Below are positions 1 to 8,880 of a DNA stretch of 64,000 nucleotides, piece after piece. The first letter of the stretch is position 1. Every line of letters begins with the position of its first letter. The notes beneath the pieces are model-generated. The model made no database searches, had not been told where the DNA came from, and worked only from the letters and a program-made list of their open reading frames with translations. The stretch covers positions 1-64,000 of the forward strand of contig JAKFBU010000004.1 in assembly GCA_036676985.1 (NCBI GenBank), read 5' to 3'. Source of the stretch: Candidatus Sericytochromatia bacterium. GTDB taxonomy: Bacteria; Cyanobacteriota; Sericytochromatia; S15B-MN24; UBA4093. The translations under genes and the position numbers were made by a program.

Positions 1-781
1 GTATTGGCCCTGGCTGTACAACATGGGCCAGGTCGATCCGAACCGCCAGGGACCCCATGCGAGCCTGTCCTTCATGCGCGACTGGGCGGGTGGCGCCAAG
101 ACCCTCACGAACCTCGGCTACCGAGTCGACGTCGGTAAGCGGAGCGACACGGAGTACCAGGTGGACCCGGGCGGCTTTCCGGTCCATCGCCTACCCGAGG
201 TCATTACGACCTGGCCGGCCATCTCGATTGGAGCCCTCAGCCTGCACCCGTCTGTGCGCGCAGCCTACCTCTACGAAGTGCCGACGGACCGTAGATCCGG
301 TATCCTGCAGGGCGGACTGGGTTTCGGCCTGCCCGCCTGGAGGCCGAACGATTTCTGGGAAACGACCTTCTATGGGGGGGCCAACGCCTCCTACTACCTG
401 GAGGACCGCAGTCAGTCGGTACTCTTCGTGGGCAGTGGAAGCACGCAACGGTGGGTGCCCTGGTTCAGTACGAACTTCCGTCTCGAGAGCCAGCCCGTGT
501 ACAAGACGGGAATTGGAACGCCCTTTGCTCATGACCCGGCCACGGCGGTCGACCGCCTTTTCTTGGCTGGCGATTGGCGGATCTATGGGCCGTGGAGTCT
601 CGGGGCGAGCGCTTTGTGGTCGCGCGAGCACAGTGACCCCGAGGGCAAGGTGATACTCGGCGATCTGGCCCTCAGTTTCCGCTACACCGTCAACTGCCTC
701 GGCTTTGGCATAACCTTCCGTCCGCCGCGTGGCACACAGACCTTCCAATATTCCTTCGACTATCAGTTGATCTCATTTTAG
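1..781 (+). CDS. Outer-membrane beta-barrel protein, C-terminal part (LptD-like); truncated at left edge
   Basis: Frame is open back to the window edge; alternating aromatic beta-strands, conserved-looking Cys near the end (YTVNCLG), terminal Phe (YQLISF) typical of BAM substrates. Confidence 0.55.
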   Translation, partial: YWPWLYNMGQVDPNRQGPHASLSFMRDWAGGAKTLTNLGYRVDVGKRSDTEYQVDPGGFPVHRLPEVITTWPAISIGALSLHPSVRAAYLYEVPTDRRSGILQGGLGFGLPAWRPNDFWETTFYGGANASYYLEDRSQSVLFVGSGSTQRWVPWFSTNFRLESQPVYKTGIGTPFAHDPATAVDRLFLAGDWRIYGPWSLGASALWSREHSDPEGKVILGDLALSFRYTVNCLGFGITFRPPRGTQTFQYSFDYQLISF

Positions 782-787
782 CAGAAA

Positions 788-822
788 GGAGGGAGAGTAC
801 TTAGCATTCTCTCCCTCTTGTT
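788..822. terminator. Hairpin between convergent genes (probable bidirectional terminator)
   Basis: gagggagag...ctctccctc stem between stops at 781 (+) and 831 (-). Confidence 0.6.
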
Positions 823-830
823 AAAATTGA

Positions 831-1301
831 TTAGTTATGCGCAACCCCATGGAGCAGTAGTCCGTCACTTTTTCTAATAATAACAGTCGACCTTGAATGC
901 AGTTTTGAATTTTTATCTCTTGGATCTGGGGCCAACATTCCCCCGGCGCCATCAAAATAGACAATATAACAAGATTCTTTAATTGTATTAATGTTCTTTG
1001 AGCTTGAAGTTAATCGTAACTCGTCTAGTGCCTCGGAAATGGTTGTTAGCTTAGCAGCCTTTCTGATTTTACTCGACTTGCCTACGAAACCATGAGCAAT
1101 CAAAACTGCGGTTTCAGGTGAAATTTCTGCAAATTTTTTGTCGATGGATTGAGCATTGTATGTTGTTGCCGTATTTTTCGCGAATTCTGCAGGCGGCGTT
1201 TTAACTTTAAGATAAATATTCGAATTGCTGGGTTTGTGGTTAACCGCAGTGCAAGCTGTCGCTAACAGCGCGGCAAGCAAGACGTAGTGTCCATATTTCA
1301 T
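831..1301 (-). CDS. Lipoprotein, PepSY/NTF2-immunity-like fold suspected; low-GC islet
   Basis: Lipobox LATAC, RBS gagga; ISPETAVLIA...YIVYF...VIIRKSDG pattern; AT-rich codons. Confidence 0.7.
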   Translation of the reverse strand: MKYGHYVLLAALLATACTAVNHKPSNSNIYLKVKTPPAEFAKNTATTYNAQSIDKKFAEISPETAVLIAHGFVGKSSKIRKAAKLTTISEALDELRLTSSSKNINTIKESCYIVYFDGAGGMLAPDPRDKNSKLHSRSTVIIRKSDGLLLHGVAHN

Positions 1302-1315
1302 AATTCAATCCTCAC

Positions 1316-2080
1316 TTATCTCTGAATCCACAGCTTGCCAATTGCATCGTTGTTTACGTTATTACTGTAAGCTCCATACCACGGACCGTTAGCGGAATTA
1401 ACAAAGTGAGAATTCCATATGTAATACCATTCGTTTAATGTATTTCTGTAGTAAAAATTAGTAAATGATAATCCGTTTCCGGCGGTATTTGTATATGCGC
1501 CATGATCCTCGTTATAGTTCCAAACTCCTACATCGAGTGATGTTGCGCGATTTCCTGGCGTCGTAATCGTTTTTGTTGCCTTCCAATCCCATGCCCACGT
1601 ATGGTCGGGATCGAATACTTGAACATACCAGTTTGCATTCGGCCAACTATCGCCCGTTAAATCTACCCTAAATGCAAACTTGACTCCATCGTTCTTGTTT
1701 GCCCAATCCATTGCTGAGTAGACGACAGAACCTGTATTTGGGTCTCGATGTTTCGCAAATGCAACTCGCTTGTGCGCATTTATTAATCCGCCTTGATCAC
1801 CCCACCATTCTTGAATATCAACAACTCCAACTTGGACAAAACCGCCATTATTTGTGTTTATAAAAAGACTGGCCGCATTAGAGAAAGTACCGACTGCAGC
1901 TGGAAAGCTGCTATCCTGCAGGGTCGTGATAACGGTGTATCCACCGGCGATATCTGGTGCCCCCTGAGCGGCGAAGTCATGTAAAAAGGACGCATGGGCT
2001 CCATACGCGTTTGCACTAGGAAATGTCACCGTTATTCCTGCGAGCGCTGATAGCAAGAGTTTGATTCGCAAAGTGTGCAT
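1316..2080 (-). CDS. Secreted beta-rich hypothetical protein; low-GC islet
   Basis: Signal peptide ending ANA; RBS aaggag; Trp/Asn/Gly-rich. Confidence 0.75.
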   Translation of the reverse strand: MHTLRIKLLLSALAGITVTFPSANAYGAHASFLHDFAAQGAPDIAGGYTVITTLQDSSFPAAVGTFSNAASLFINTNNGGFVQVGVVDIQEWWGDQGGLINAHKRVAFAKHRDPNTGSVVYSAMDWANKNDGVKFAFRVDLTGDSWPNANWYVQVFDPDHTWAWDWKATKTITTPGNRATSLDVGVWNYNEDHGAYTNTAGNGLSFTNFYYRNTLNEWYYIWNSHFVNSANGPWYGAYSNNVNNDAIGKLWIQR

Positions 2081-2330
2081 TCTCTTCTCCTTCGTAAGCG
2101 GGGCATGTGCACATTAAATAACGAAGTTATTATGTTTCGTCGTTTTTTGGTAATGATTTCCATGTCTATGATAAACTAAAGTACGTTTGATGATAAGATT
2201 TTTTTATGTTCTCTAACTAAAAAATGTTTTGGTCGCCGTATTCAGCTACCTCATTTGCTGCCGCGATTGAGTGTTGTTCCCCTAAATTGATCAGCCTACG
2301 ATGGACGCAACGTGAGGAAGGAGGCGAGTA

Positions 2331-2606
2331 ATGCAACCGCAATTCCCCAACGCGGACAACCAGGGGCAGAGCCAGGGCTGGAACGCCGATGCCCCGCAAC
2401 AGACGGGCATGACCACCCTGCTGGATGCCGTCGAGGGCATCCACTTTCCCACCGACAAGGAGACGCTCATCAAGGAGCGCGGCGATCGCAGCATCAACCT
2501 GACAGGACACGACCCCGAGCAGCTCCGGGTGGTGCTCCTGCGCATCGACGAGAACGACTTCAGCTCCGTCAGTGACCTGGTCCAGAAGCTCGAACGCGCC
2601 TTCTAG
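2331..2606 (+). CDS. DUF2795-like small protein
   Basis: RBS aggagg; GIHFPTDKETLI...LLRIDENDFSSVSDL pattern. Confidence 0.7.
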   Translation: MQPQFPNADNQGQSQGWNADAPQQTGMTTLLDAVEGIHFPTDKETLIKERGDRSINLTGHDPEQLRVVLLRIDENDFSSVSDLVQKLERAF

Positions 2607-2694
2607 TGCGGGCGGGGCCCTGCTCCGGGGTGCCAGAAGGGGGTACTGGTGGGTACAATGGTCCTAGAAGTGCGTACTTCTGGGAGCCTTGGCC

Positions 2695-4062
2695 ATGGCG
2701 CTGATCAAATCCAACCAGCTGATTCAGACCGGCACCGCCGTGGTGGCCGGTGATCAGGTCATTGCCGATCTGGCCAATCCCACCCCCCTCACGCCCACTG
2801 CCGAGAACCCGAACGTCATCGTCGAGCGCGTCATCCCGGAGCAGCCGCCCGAGACGGACGAGGCGCCATATGCTCACGGGCCCGAGGGGACCGAGTCCTG
2901 GGAGACCGCCCCGGTCGAGATGACGGCCGTCGTCGAGGAGGCCGAGGTCGCCTACCCGGAGCCCATCTACCACGAGCCCGAGGCGGAGTCCGGGCCGTCG
3001 GACCTGTTCGGCGCCTTCGACGCCGAGCGCGACGCCATGCTCGAAGAGGCCCAGATGCAGGCCATGCAGGCCGCCCAGGAGGCCACGGGCAACCTCGGGG
3101 CCCCCGACGCGAGCCTGGAGCTGGAAGAGGCGGCCGCCACCATCCGCGCCTCCTACCCCGACGAGAGCCAGGCCTTCGCGGACGCCATGCACTCGGTCAC
3201 GCCCTACATCGAGAGCCAGGCGGCCTCGGCCCTCGAGCTGGTCTCGATCCAGTCGGCCAACGACGCCCAGTGGCGCGAGCTGGCCACGGCCGAGGAGCAG
3301 GTCGCCTCCCTGGTCGACAACTTCGCGCGCCGGGTCATGAAGGACCCGCCCACCGAGATGGCCATCCACTCGCTCATGGCCGAGCGGGAGACCATCCTCG
3401 CCGAGGCGCGCATGCATGCCACGCGCATGGTCCAGGAGGCCGAGCAGAAGGCGGCCGAACTCGTCCACGAGGCCCAGGCCCAAGCCGCGCGCGCCATCCT
3501 CGAGATCGAGTCCAAGCGCGAGGAGGTCCTGGAGCAGCTTCGCCAGCAGGGCTACGCCGAGGGCTACCAGGAAGGCCGCAGCCAGGCGGACGAGGAGGGC
3601 GCCAAGATCGTCCAGGACGCCATGGACGCGCTCAACCGCCTCTCGGGCCTCGTCGCCGAGGAGGCCAAGAAGAACGAGGAGAAGCTGCTGAGGCTCGCCA
3701 TCAGCATCGCCGAGAAGATCCTCATGGACGAGGTTGAGCGGCGCCCGGAGCTCGTCATCAAGACGCTCGAGCAGGCCCTCAACAAGGTCTCGGACCTCGA
3801 GGAGGTCACCATCAAGGTCCACCCGGACGACATGCCCGAGGTCCAGAAGTACGAGGACGCCTTCCGCGATCGCCTCAAGAGCGTGCGCAAGGTCGAGTTC
3901 GTCGCGAGCCCCAAGATCCAGAAGGGCGGGGTCTTCATCGAGACGGCCTCCGGGTTCGTGGACGCGCAGATCAAGACGCAGCTGTCGGTCATCCAGGAAG
4001 CGTTCGAGGCGGTCATGGCCGAGGCGGCCGCCGAGCCGCTGGATATGACGGGGTCAGGCTAA
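2695..4062 (+). CDS. fliH: FliH/SctL-family export ATPase regulator with long acidic N-terminal extension (alternative TTG start 2689)
   Basis: GYAEGYQEG GxxxG repeats, IKVHPDD, GGVFIETASGFVDA; directly abuts fliI. Confidence 0.85.
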   Translation: MALIKSNQLIQTGTAVVAGDQVIADLANPTPLTPTAENPNVIVERVIPEQPPETDEAPYAHGPEGTESWETAPVEMTAVVEEAEVAYPEPIYHEPEAESGPSDLFGAFDAERDAMLEEAQMQAMQAAQEATGNLGAPDASLELEEAAATIRASYPDESQAFADAMHSVTPYIESQAASALELVSIQSANDAQWRELATAEEQVASLVDNFARRVMKDPPTEMAIHSLMAERETILAEARMHATRMVQEAEQKAAELVHEAQAQAARAILEIESKREEVLEQLRQQGYAEGYQEGRSQADEEGAKIVQDAMDALNRLSGLVAEEAKKNEEKLLRLAISIAEKILMDEVERRPELVIKTLEQALNKVSDLEEVTIKVHPDDMPEVQKYEDAFRDRLKSVRKVEFVASPKIQKGGVFIETASGFVDAQIKTQLSVIQEAFEAVMAEAAAEPLDMTGSG

Positions 4063-5412
4063 ATGGCGGTCGAAAGAGAAATCAACTTCGGGGCCTACGA
4101 GTTCGCCCTCAAGGACACGCTGCCCATCCGGGCGCGGGGCCAGGTGGTGCAGCTCATCGGCCTGGTCATCGAGGCGGTGCTGCAGGGCGTGCGCGTCGGC
4201 GAGCTCTGCTACATCTACTCCATCGACAAGTCCAAGATCTTTCCGGCCGAGGTGCAGGGCTTCAAGGCCCGGCGCGTCATGCTCATGCCCCTGGTCGAGA
4301 TCGAGGGCCTGGGCGCCGGCTGCGAGGTGGTCGCGACCGGGCGCATGGTCTCGGTCAAGGTGGGGCCGGGCCTCTTGGGCCGTGTCCTTGACGGCCTCGG
4401 CAACCCCATCGACGGCAAGGGGCCGATCATCGCAGAGACGGTCTACCCCCTGATGAACCAGCCGCCCAACTCCATGACCCGCAAGCGCATCGACACGGTC
4501 ATGCCGACCGGGGTGCGCGTCATCGACGCCTTCCTGACCTTGGGCGAGGGCCAGCGCATCGGCCTGTTCGCGGGTTCGGGCGTCGGTAAGTCGACGCTCT
4601 TGGGCCAGATCGCGCGGAACTGCAAGGCGGACATCTCGGTCCTGTGCCTGGTCGGAGAGCGTGGCCGCGAGGTGCGCGAGTTCATGGAGGAGAGCCTCGG
4701 CGAGGAGGGCCTCAAGCGCTCGGTGGTCGTGGTCGCGACCTCGGACACGAGCTCCCTGATGCGCTTCAAGGCGCCCCTGGTGGCTTCCAGCGTGGCGGAG
4801 TACTTCCGCGACCAGAACTTGCGGGTCTTCTTGATGATGGACTCCATGACCCGCTTCGCCATGGCCATGCGCGAGATTGGTCTCGCCATCGGTGAGCCGC
4901 CCGCGCAGAAGGGCTACACGCCCTCGGTCTTCGCGCTCATTCCCAAGCTCCTGGAGCGGGCAGGCACGTCGGACAAGGGCTCCATCACGGCCATCTACAC
5001 GGTGCTCGTGGACGGCGGCGACATGGACGAGCCCATCGCGGACTGCGTCCGTGGCGTCCTGGACGGCCACGTGGTCATGCTGCGCTCGATCGCGTCCCAG
5101 GGCATCTTCCCGGCCATCGACGTGCTGCAGAGCGTCAGCCGTCTCATTCAGTTCCTGGCGACCAAGGAGCACTACGCGGCCCAGATGAAGGTGCGCCAGA
5201 TCATGGCGGACTACAAGGAGGTGCAGGACCTCCTGAACATGGGTGCATACGTCCGGGGCACCAACCCGAACTACGACCGCGCGATCTCGCTGTGGGACCA
5301 GATCAAGAGCTTCCTCAAGCAGGGTATCCACGACAACGACCCCTACGAGAACACGGTCAAGACCGTGCTCATGCTCGGGTCGGATACGTCGGCGGCGTCG
5401 ATGTTCTCGTAG
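4063..5412 (+). CDS. fliI: Flagellar/type III export ATPase FliI
   Basis: GQRIGLFAGSGVGKS Walker A, GERGREV, MDSMTRFAMA, GEPP, LDGH motifs. Confidence 0.95.
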   Translation: MAVEREINFGAYEFALKDTLPIRARGQVVQLIGLVIEAVLQGVRVGELCYIYSIDKSKIFPAEVQGFKARRVMLMPLVEIEGLGAGCEVVATGRMVSVKVGPGLLGRVLDGLGNPIDGKGPIIAETVYPLMNQPPNSMTRKRIDTVMPTGVRVIDAFLTLGEGQRIGLFAGSGVGKSTLLGQIARNCKADISVLCLVGERGREVREFMEESLGEEGLKRSVVVVATSDTSSLMRFKAPLVASSVAEYFRDQNLRVFLMMDSMTRFAMAMREIGLAIGEPPAQKGYTPSVFALIPKLLERAGTSDKGSITAIYTVLVDGGDMDEPIADCVRGVLDGHVVMLRSIASQGIFPAIDVLQSVSRLIQFLATKEHYAAQMKVRQIMADYKEVQDLLNMGAYVRGTNPNYDRAISLWDQIKSFLKQGIHDNDPYENTVKTVLMLGSDTSAASMFS

Positions 5413-5415
5413 CGA

Positions 5416-5437
5416 GGCGCCCTCGTCAGAGGGCGCC
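5416..5437. terminator. Hairpin between fliI and convergent lipoprotein operon
   Basis: ggcgccctc-gtca-gagggcgcc. Confidence 0.5.
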
Positions 5438-5447
5438 CGGTAACGAA

Positions 5448-6518
5448 CTAAGGCGAGACGGGTGCCGGGACCACCAGAGGGATGGCCTGGCTGCGACCGT
5501 GGGCGTTGCCTCCACCGTAGGTGCCGCTGCCGCGCTTGTATTTCAGGACGAGGTAGCGCGTTCCAGCCTGGATTCTGTCGTCGAGGGTCAAGCTGACTCT
5601 ACGGGCCGATGTCTCGAGGGTCTGGACGGGAGTTGCCTGGTAATTCCAGGAGTTATAGAGCTCGATGACGTACTTCGGGTCCTCGACCCCGGGCTTGGCC
5701 GGCCAGCTGAGCTCGAAGGTGCGCGCGGTCAGGGTGGTGTTGGGCTGCGGCTGCAGGGTGGAGAAGTCCCAGCCGATGTCGAGGCTCGCCGTCGGGATGG
5801 CCGTCTGGGTGGCCGAGACGGTCGCGGGCTCGCTCACCGCGTAGGCCACGACCTTCGGTGCCGCGTACGCCGGCCCGGAGCCCGGGTAGTCGTAGCCATA
5901 GCGCAACTGTACCTGTCCACTGTAGAGGTTCGCGAAGAGGACCTGCCCCTGGTCTCCGCTGACGGTCTGCGTCCCGCTGTTCCCGGCGCTGACGTCGTAT
6001 CGGCCACCGCTCACCGAGCCGTCATCGACGAACCCTATCAGCTGGCTCGCCAGTGCGGATGCAAGATCGATCGGGCCCAGAGGGGTGAAGGGCAGGAGGT
6101 TGGTATCGCCTCGGCTGTCCAGGACGAGCCGCATCCTCACCGAAGAGCGCCGTCCGGCCAGGAGCGGAGCATAGGCCATGCCGCTTCCCAGTGACTCCGA
6201 CCCTTGGGCGGCCTCCATGCGGATGGTGGCATCTCCTGTTGGTAGGCCGTCCAGGTGGACGGTGGTCTTGAGGTCGGCACCCGCGAAGGTTCTCAGGTAA
6301 GCGGGCTTACCGGGGACCGTCACGCTCAGCGTCGCGTCCGTGATGTCGCTCATCAGGGCCTGTGTCTGGCGCATCCAGTCGAGCGACAGGTCCAGGCTGG
6401 CGGTCTTCAGGCTCCCGGCTCCCGAGACGGGGTCGGTCGACACTCCCGGTCCCATGGTACAGCCGGTCACGCCGAGCGCGAGCGCGAGGGAGAACGTGGC
6501 AATCAAGTGGTGTCTCAT
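5448..6518 (-). CDS. Lipoprotein of unknown function (array member 5)
   Basis: Start moved to MRHHL (ATGA overlap with upstream stop); lipobox VTGC; LSLDWMRQTQAL motif. Confidence 0.8.
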   Translation of the reverse strand: MRHHLIATFSLALALGVTGCTMGPGVSTDPVSGAGSLKTASLDLSLDWMRQTQALMSDITDATLSVTVPGKPAYLRTFAGADLKTTVHLDGLPTGDATIRMEAAQGSESLGSGMAYAPLLAGRRSSVRMRLVLDSRGDTNLLPFTPLGPIDLASALASQLIGFVDDGSVSGGRYDVSAGNSGTQTVSGDQGQVLFANLYSGQVQLRYGYDYPGSGPAYAAPKVVAYAVSEPATVSATQTAIPTASLDIGWDFSTLQPQPNTTLTARTFELSWPAKPGVEDPKYVIELYNSWNYQATPVQTLETSARRVSLTLDDRIQAGTRYLVLKYKRGSGTYGGGNAHGRSQAIPLVVPAPVSP

Positions 6519-7399
6519 AGCGTCAACCCATCCCGGCGAAGGGTTCTCAGAACCCCGGTGGAGTCGGAGAGCGTTTCCTGGATCATGCCGTCGGTGGCCG
6601 AGAGCCAACGGTCCACGGTGAGTGTCTGGCGCGTGGTGGCGTTCGAGAGCAAATAGCCGTTCGTCCAGCGGTAGTGCCGGACCCGTGGGTATTGGCCCAG
6701 GGGATCGGAGTCCACATACTGGGCATGAGTTGGCAGGCTGTACCAGATCTCGTAACCGAGGTGGGTGCTCGTACCTGCCCCGATGCGGCTATACGAGGAG
6801 TCGATGCTGACGGGCACCTTCGCGCCGTCCTGGCTCTCGAGCCAGAAGAGGACCGTCCGATAGGACGGATAGTAGTTGCGGAAGTCTTTGTCGAAGCCAT
6901 CCTCCTCGTGGAGGTAACGGTAATCCTTCAGTCGTTCGGTAATCTCGGTCGAGAAGGAGAGTCCGCTTGTGCCGCCGATGGTCGTCTTGAGGGCAAGCTG
7001 GGTGACGATGCCCGGCACCAGTGCGACGACCTGCGTCTCGCTGGCGAGCACCTCATCGGTCGCAGGGTCCTTGAGGGTGAGCGTCAGGACGCCCGAGCCG
7101 GGCTCCAGGTCCTCGAGGACGATCGGAGCCCCGGCCGGAAAGTCACGGCTGATTTCCCGGGCAGGTTGGAAGCTGTACTGGGGACGATCGTAGACGAATC
7201 GAACGCTGCACGCATAGTCGGGTTGGGACTCGGTGGTCTGGATGAGCAGGCGGAGCCCGGCAAGGGCCGTGGGATGGGCCGTCGTCTCTCGAGCGGTGGT
7301 CGCACCGGACCCGCTCGGTAAGGGCATGCCTCCGTGGCAACCGAGCAGGGTCGTGCTGGCCACGAGCGTCGAGAGGCAAAGGGATGGTAGGGCTTTCAT
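6515..7399 (-). CDS. Lipoprotein of unknown function (array member 4)
   Basis: Lipobox LLGC; LEDLEPG...VALVPG beta-sandwich pattern shared with neighbours. Confidence 0.8.
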   Translation of the reverse strand: MKALPSLCLSTLVASTTLLGCHGGMPLPSGSGATTARETTAHPTALAGLRLLIQTTESQPDYACSVRFVYDRPQYSFQPAREISRDFPAGAPIVLEDLEPGSGVLTLTLKDPATDEVLASETQVVALVPGIVTQLALKTTIGGTSGLSFSTEITERLKDYRYLHEEDGFDKDFRNYYPSYRTVLFWLESQDGAKVPVSIDSSYSRIGAGTSTHLGYEIWYSLPTHAQYVDSDPLGQYPRVRHYRWTNGYLLSNATTRQTLTVDRWLSATDGMIQETLSDSTGVLRTLRRDGLTL

Positions 7400-7420
7400 G
7401 CGGTCATCTCCACGTGCGGA

Positions 7421-8869
7421 TCAGTTGACGGTCGTGCTCAGGGGGGGCTGGTATTCCAGAAGGTCCCAGGTCCGGATGCGCTTGTTCATCTTGTCACCGT
7501 TGGGGACGAGGGTGATGTCCTTACGCTTGACCAGCCCGATGGTCGGGACGATCCAGATCTCGCTCAGGGTGGAGCCCGTATACCAGTCGGCGTTGCTGAA
7601 CGAGTAGTGCTTTGCCAGGCGCTCTCCATATCCCGGCACGGTGAGGGTTTCGTCGGGAAGCGCCACGATGCTTGCATAGGAATCCGAGAACCGGAACGTG
7701 GGCGAGTACCCGAGGTCGTAGTTCCGACCCGAACCCACTACGTAGCCTACGCTGCTTCCGTTCGAGTACCGGCGCTCCTCGTAGCGGCCCTGCCGCTCGT
7801 TTCCGTCGCACCACACCTGATAGCGGAAGGTCGAGGCAGTATACAGGGAGGTCGTCTGCGCCCCCACAGTGAATTCAGTCTCCGTGCCACCGTAAATCCA
7901 GGTGGAGCCCGAGGCGATGGGAACGCTAAAGGGCGGCTGGAGGAGCTGGAGCTCCCGCGGCTGCGCGGAGTCGTAGGCGGCGTTCCCGCCCGTTTCGAGC
8001 GAGAGGGCGGCCGTCACGGCCGCGGAGCGCGGCAGCGAGACCTTGATGGCCTTCGACTTTACGCCGTCGACCTGGAGCATCAGCCAAAGCTCGTAGCTTG
8101 AGCTGGCTGCGAAGTACGTTTGCAGCGTGTTGAGCCATTGGGCCTCGGTCGGACGCAGGGTCAGCGTTACCTGTCCGTCCGAGTCCACGGAGAGGGCCTG
8201 CTCGGGCAGTGTGACCGGCGGGCTGTACACGTAGGGGGTGGGCGTGGCGCCAATGGAATGAGTGGCGGGCGGCAGGCGCGACTCCAGGATGGCCAAGGCC
8301 TTCCATCCCTTGCTCTTGCCAAAGTGCTGGCCCGTCAGGACCGTGGAACGCTCGAATGATAGGACGCCCTCTTCCGAGACTCCCTCGATAACGGGGGCGT
8401 CGTCAGGGGTCATGTCGATGGAAAGCCAGGCGTTCACGCCGGGAACCACGTCGATCACGCGCTCACGAACCACCAGGCTTTGACCGCTGGCATCGAAGAG
8501 CTGGGCGCGCACCGTAAGCCCCGATTGTGCGGGCAACTGCCATGAGGCGTAGCTATAGAAGTAGTTGGAACTGCGCACGAACTCTCGCATGGGGATCGTA
8601 GCTCCGCTCGAGTCCTTGGCGGGCGCGCCATCCTTGTCGAGTAGCGCGATGGTGGCCTTGAAGGCGCGGTCCGGGATGGCCTGGGTCTGATAAGTAGCCT
8701 CCAAGTTGGACCAGTCGATCCGGAACGACAGGACGCCGTTCCCGGCTTGCGGTCGGGAGATCGAGACGGCCGGCGCCGCAGGACCTGGCGGGACGGGACC
8801 CGGCGCGGTGCAACCGATCAGGCTTATCGAGATGACCGAAGGGACGAACCAAAGACGTTTACGCTGCAT
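7421..8869 (-). CDS. Lipoprotein with IPT/TIG-like segment (array member 3)
   Basis: Lipobox LIGC; FRIDW...YQTQAIP motif; APVIEGV...LTGQHFG. Confidence 0.8.
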   Translation of the reverse strand: MQRKRLWFVPSVISISLIGCTAPGPVPPGPAAPAVSISRPQAGNGVLSFRIDWSNLEATYQTQAIPDRAFKATIALLDKDGAPAKDSSGATIPMREFVRSSNYFYSYASWQLPAQSGLTVRAQLFDASGQSLVVRERVIDVVPGVNAWLSIDMTPDDAPVIEGVSEEGVLSFERSTVLTGQHFGKSKGWKALAILESRLPPATHSIGATPTPYVYSPPVTLPEQALSVDSDGQVTLTLRPTEAQWLNTLQTYFAASSSYELWLMLQVDGVKSKAIKVSLPRSAAVTAALSLETGGNAAYDSAQPRELQLLQPPFSVPIASGSTWIYGGTETEFTVGAQTTSLYTASTFRYQVWCDGNERQGRYEERRYSNGSSVGYVVGSGRNYDLGYSPTFRFSDSYASIVALPDETLTVPGYGERLAKHYSFSNADWYTGSTLSEIWIVPTIGLVKRKDITLVPNGDKMNKRIRTWDLLEYQPPLSTTVN

Positions 8870-8880
8870 TTTCGTCTTCC

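Noticed and set aside
768-2293. Terminal inverted repeats around the low-GC islet
   Set aside because: Similarity is short and gapped; not distinguishable from chance
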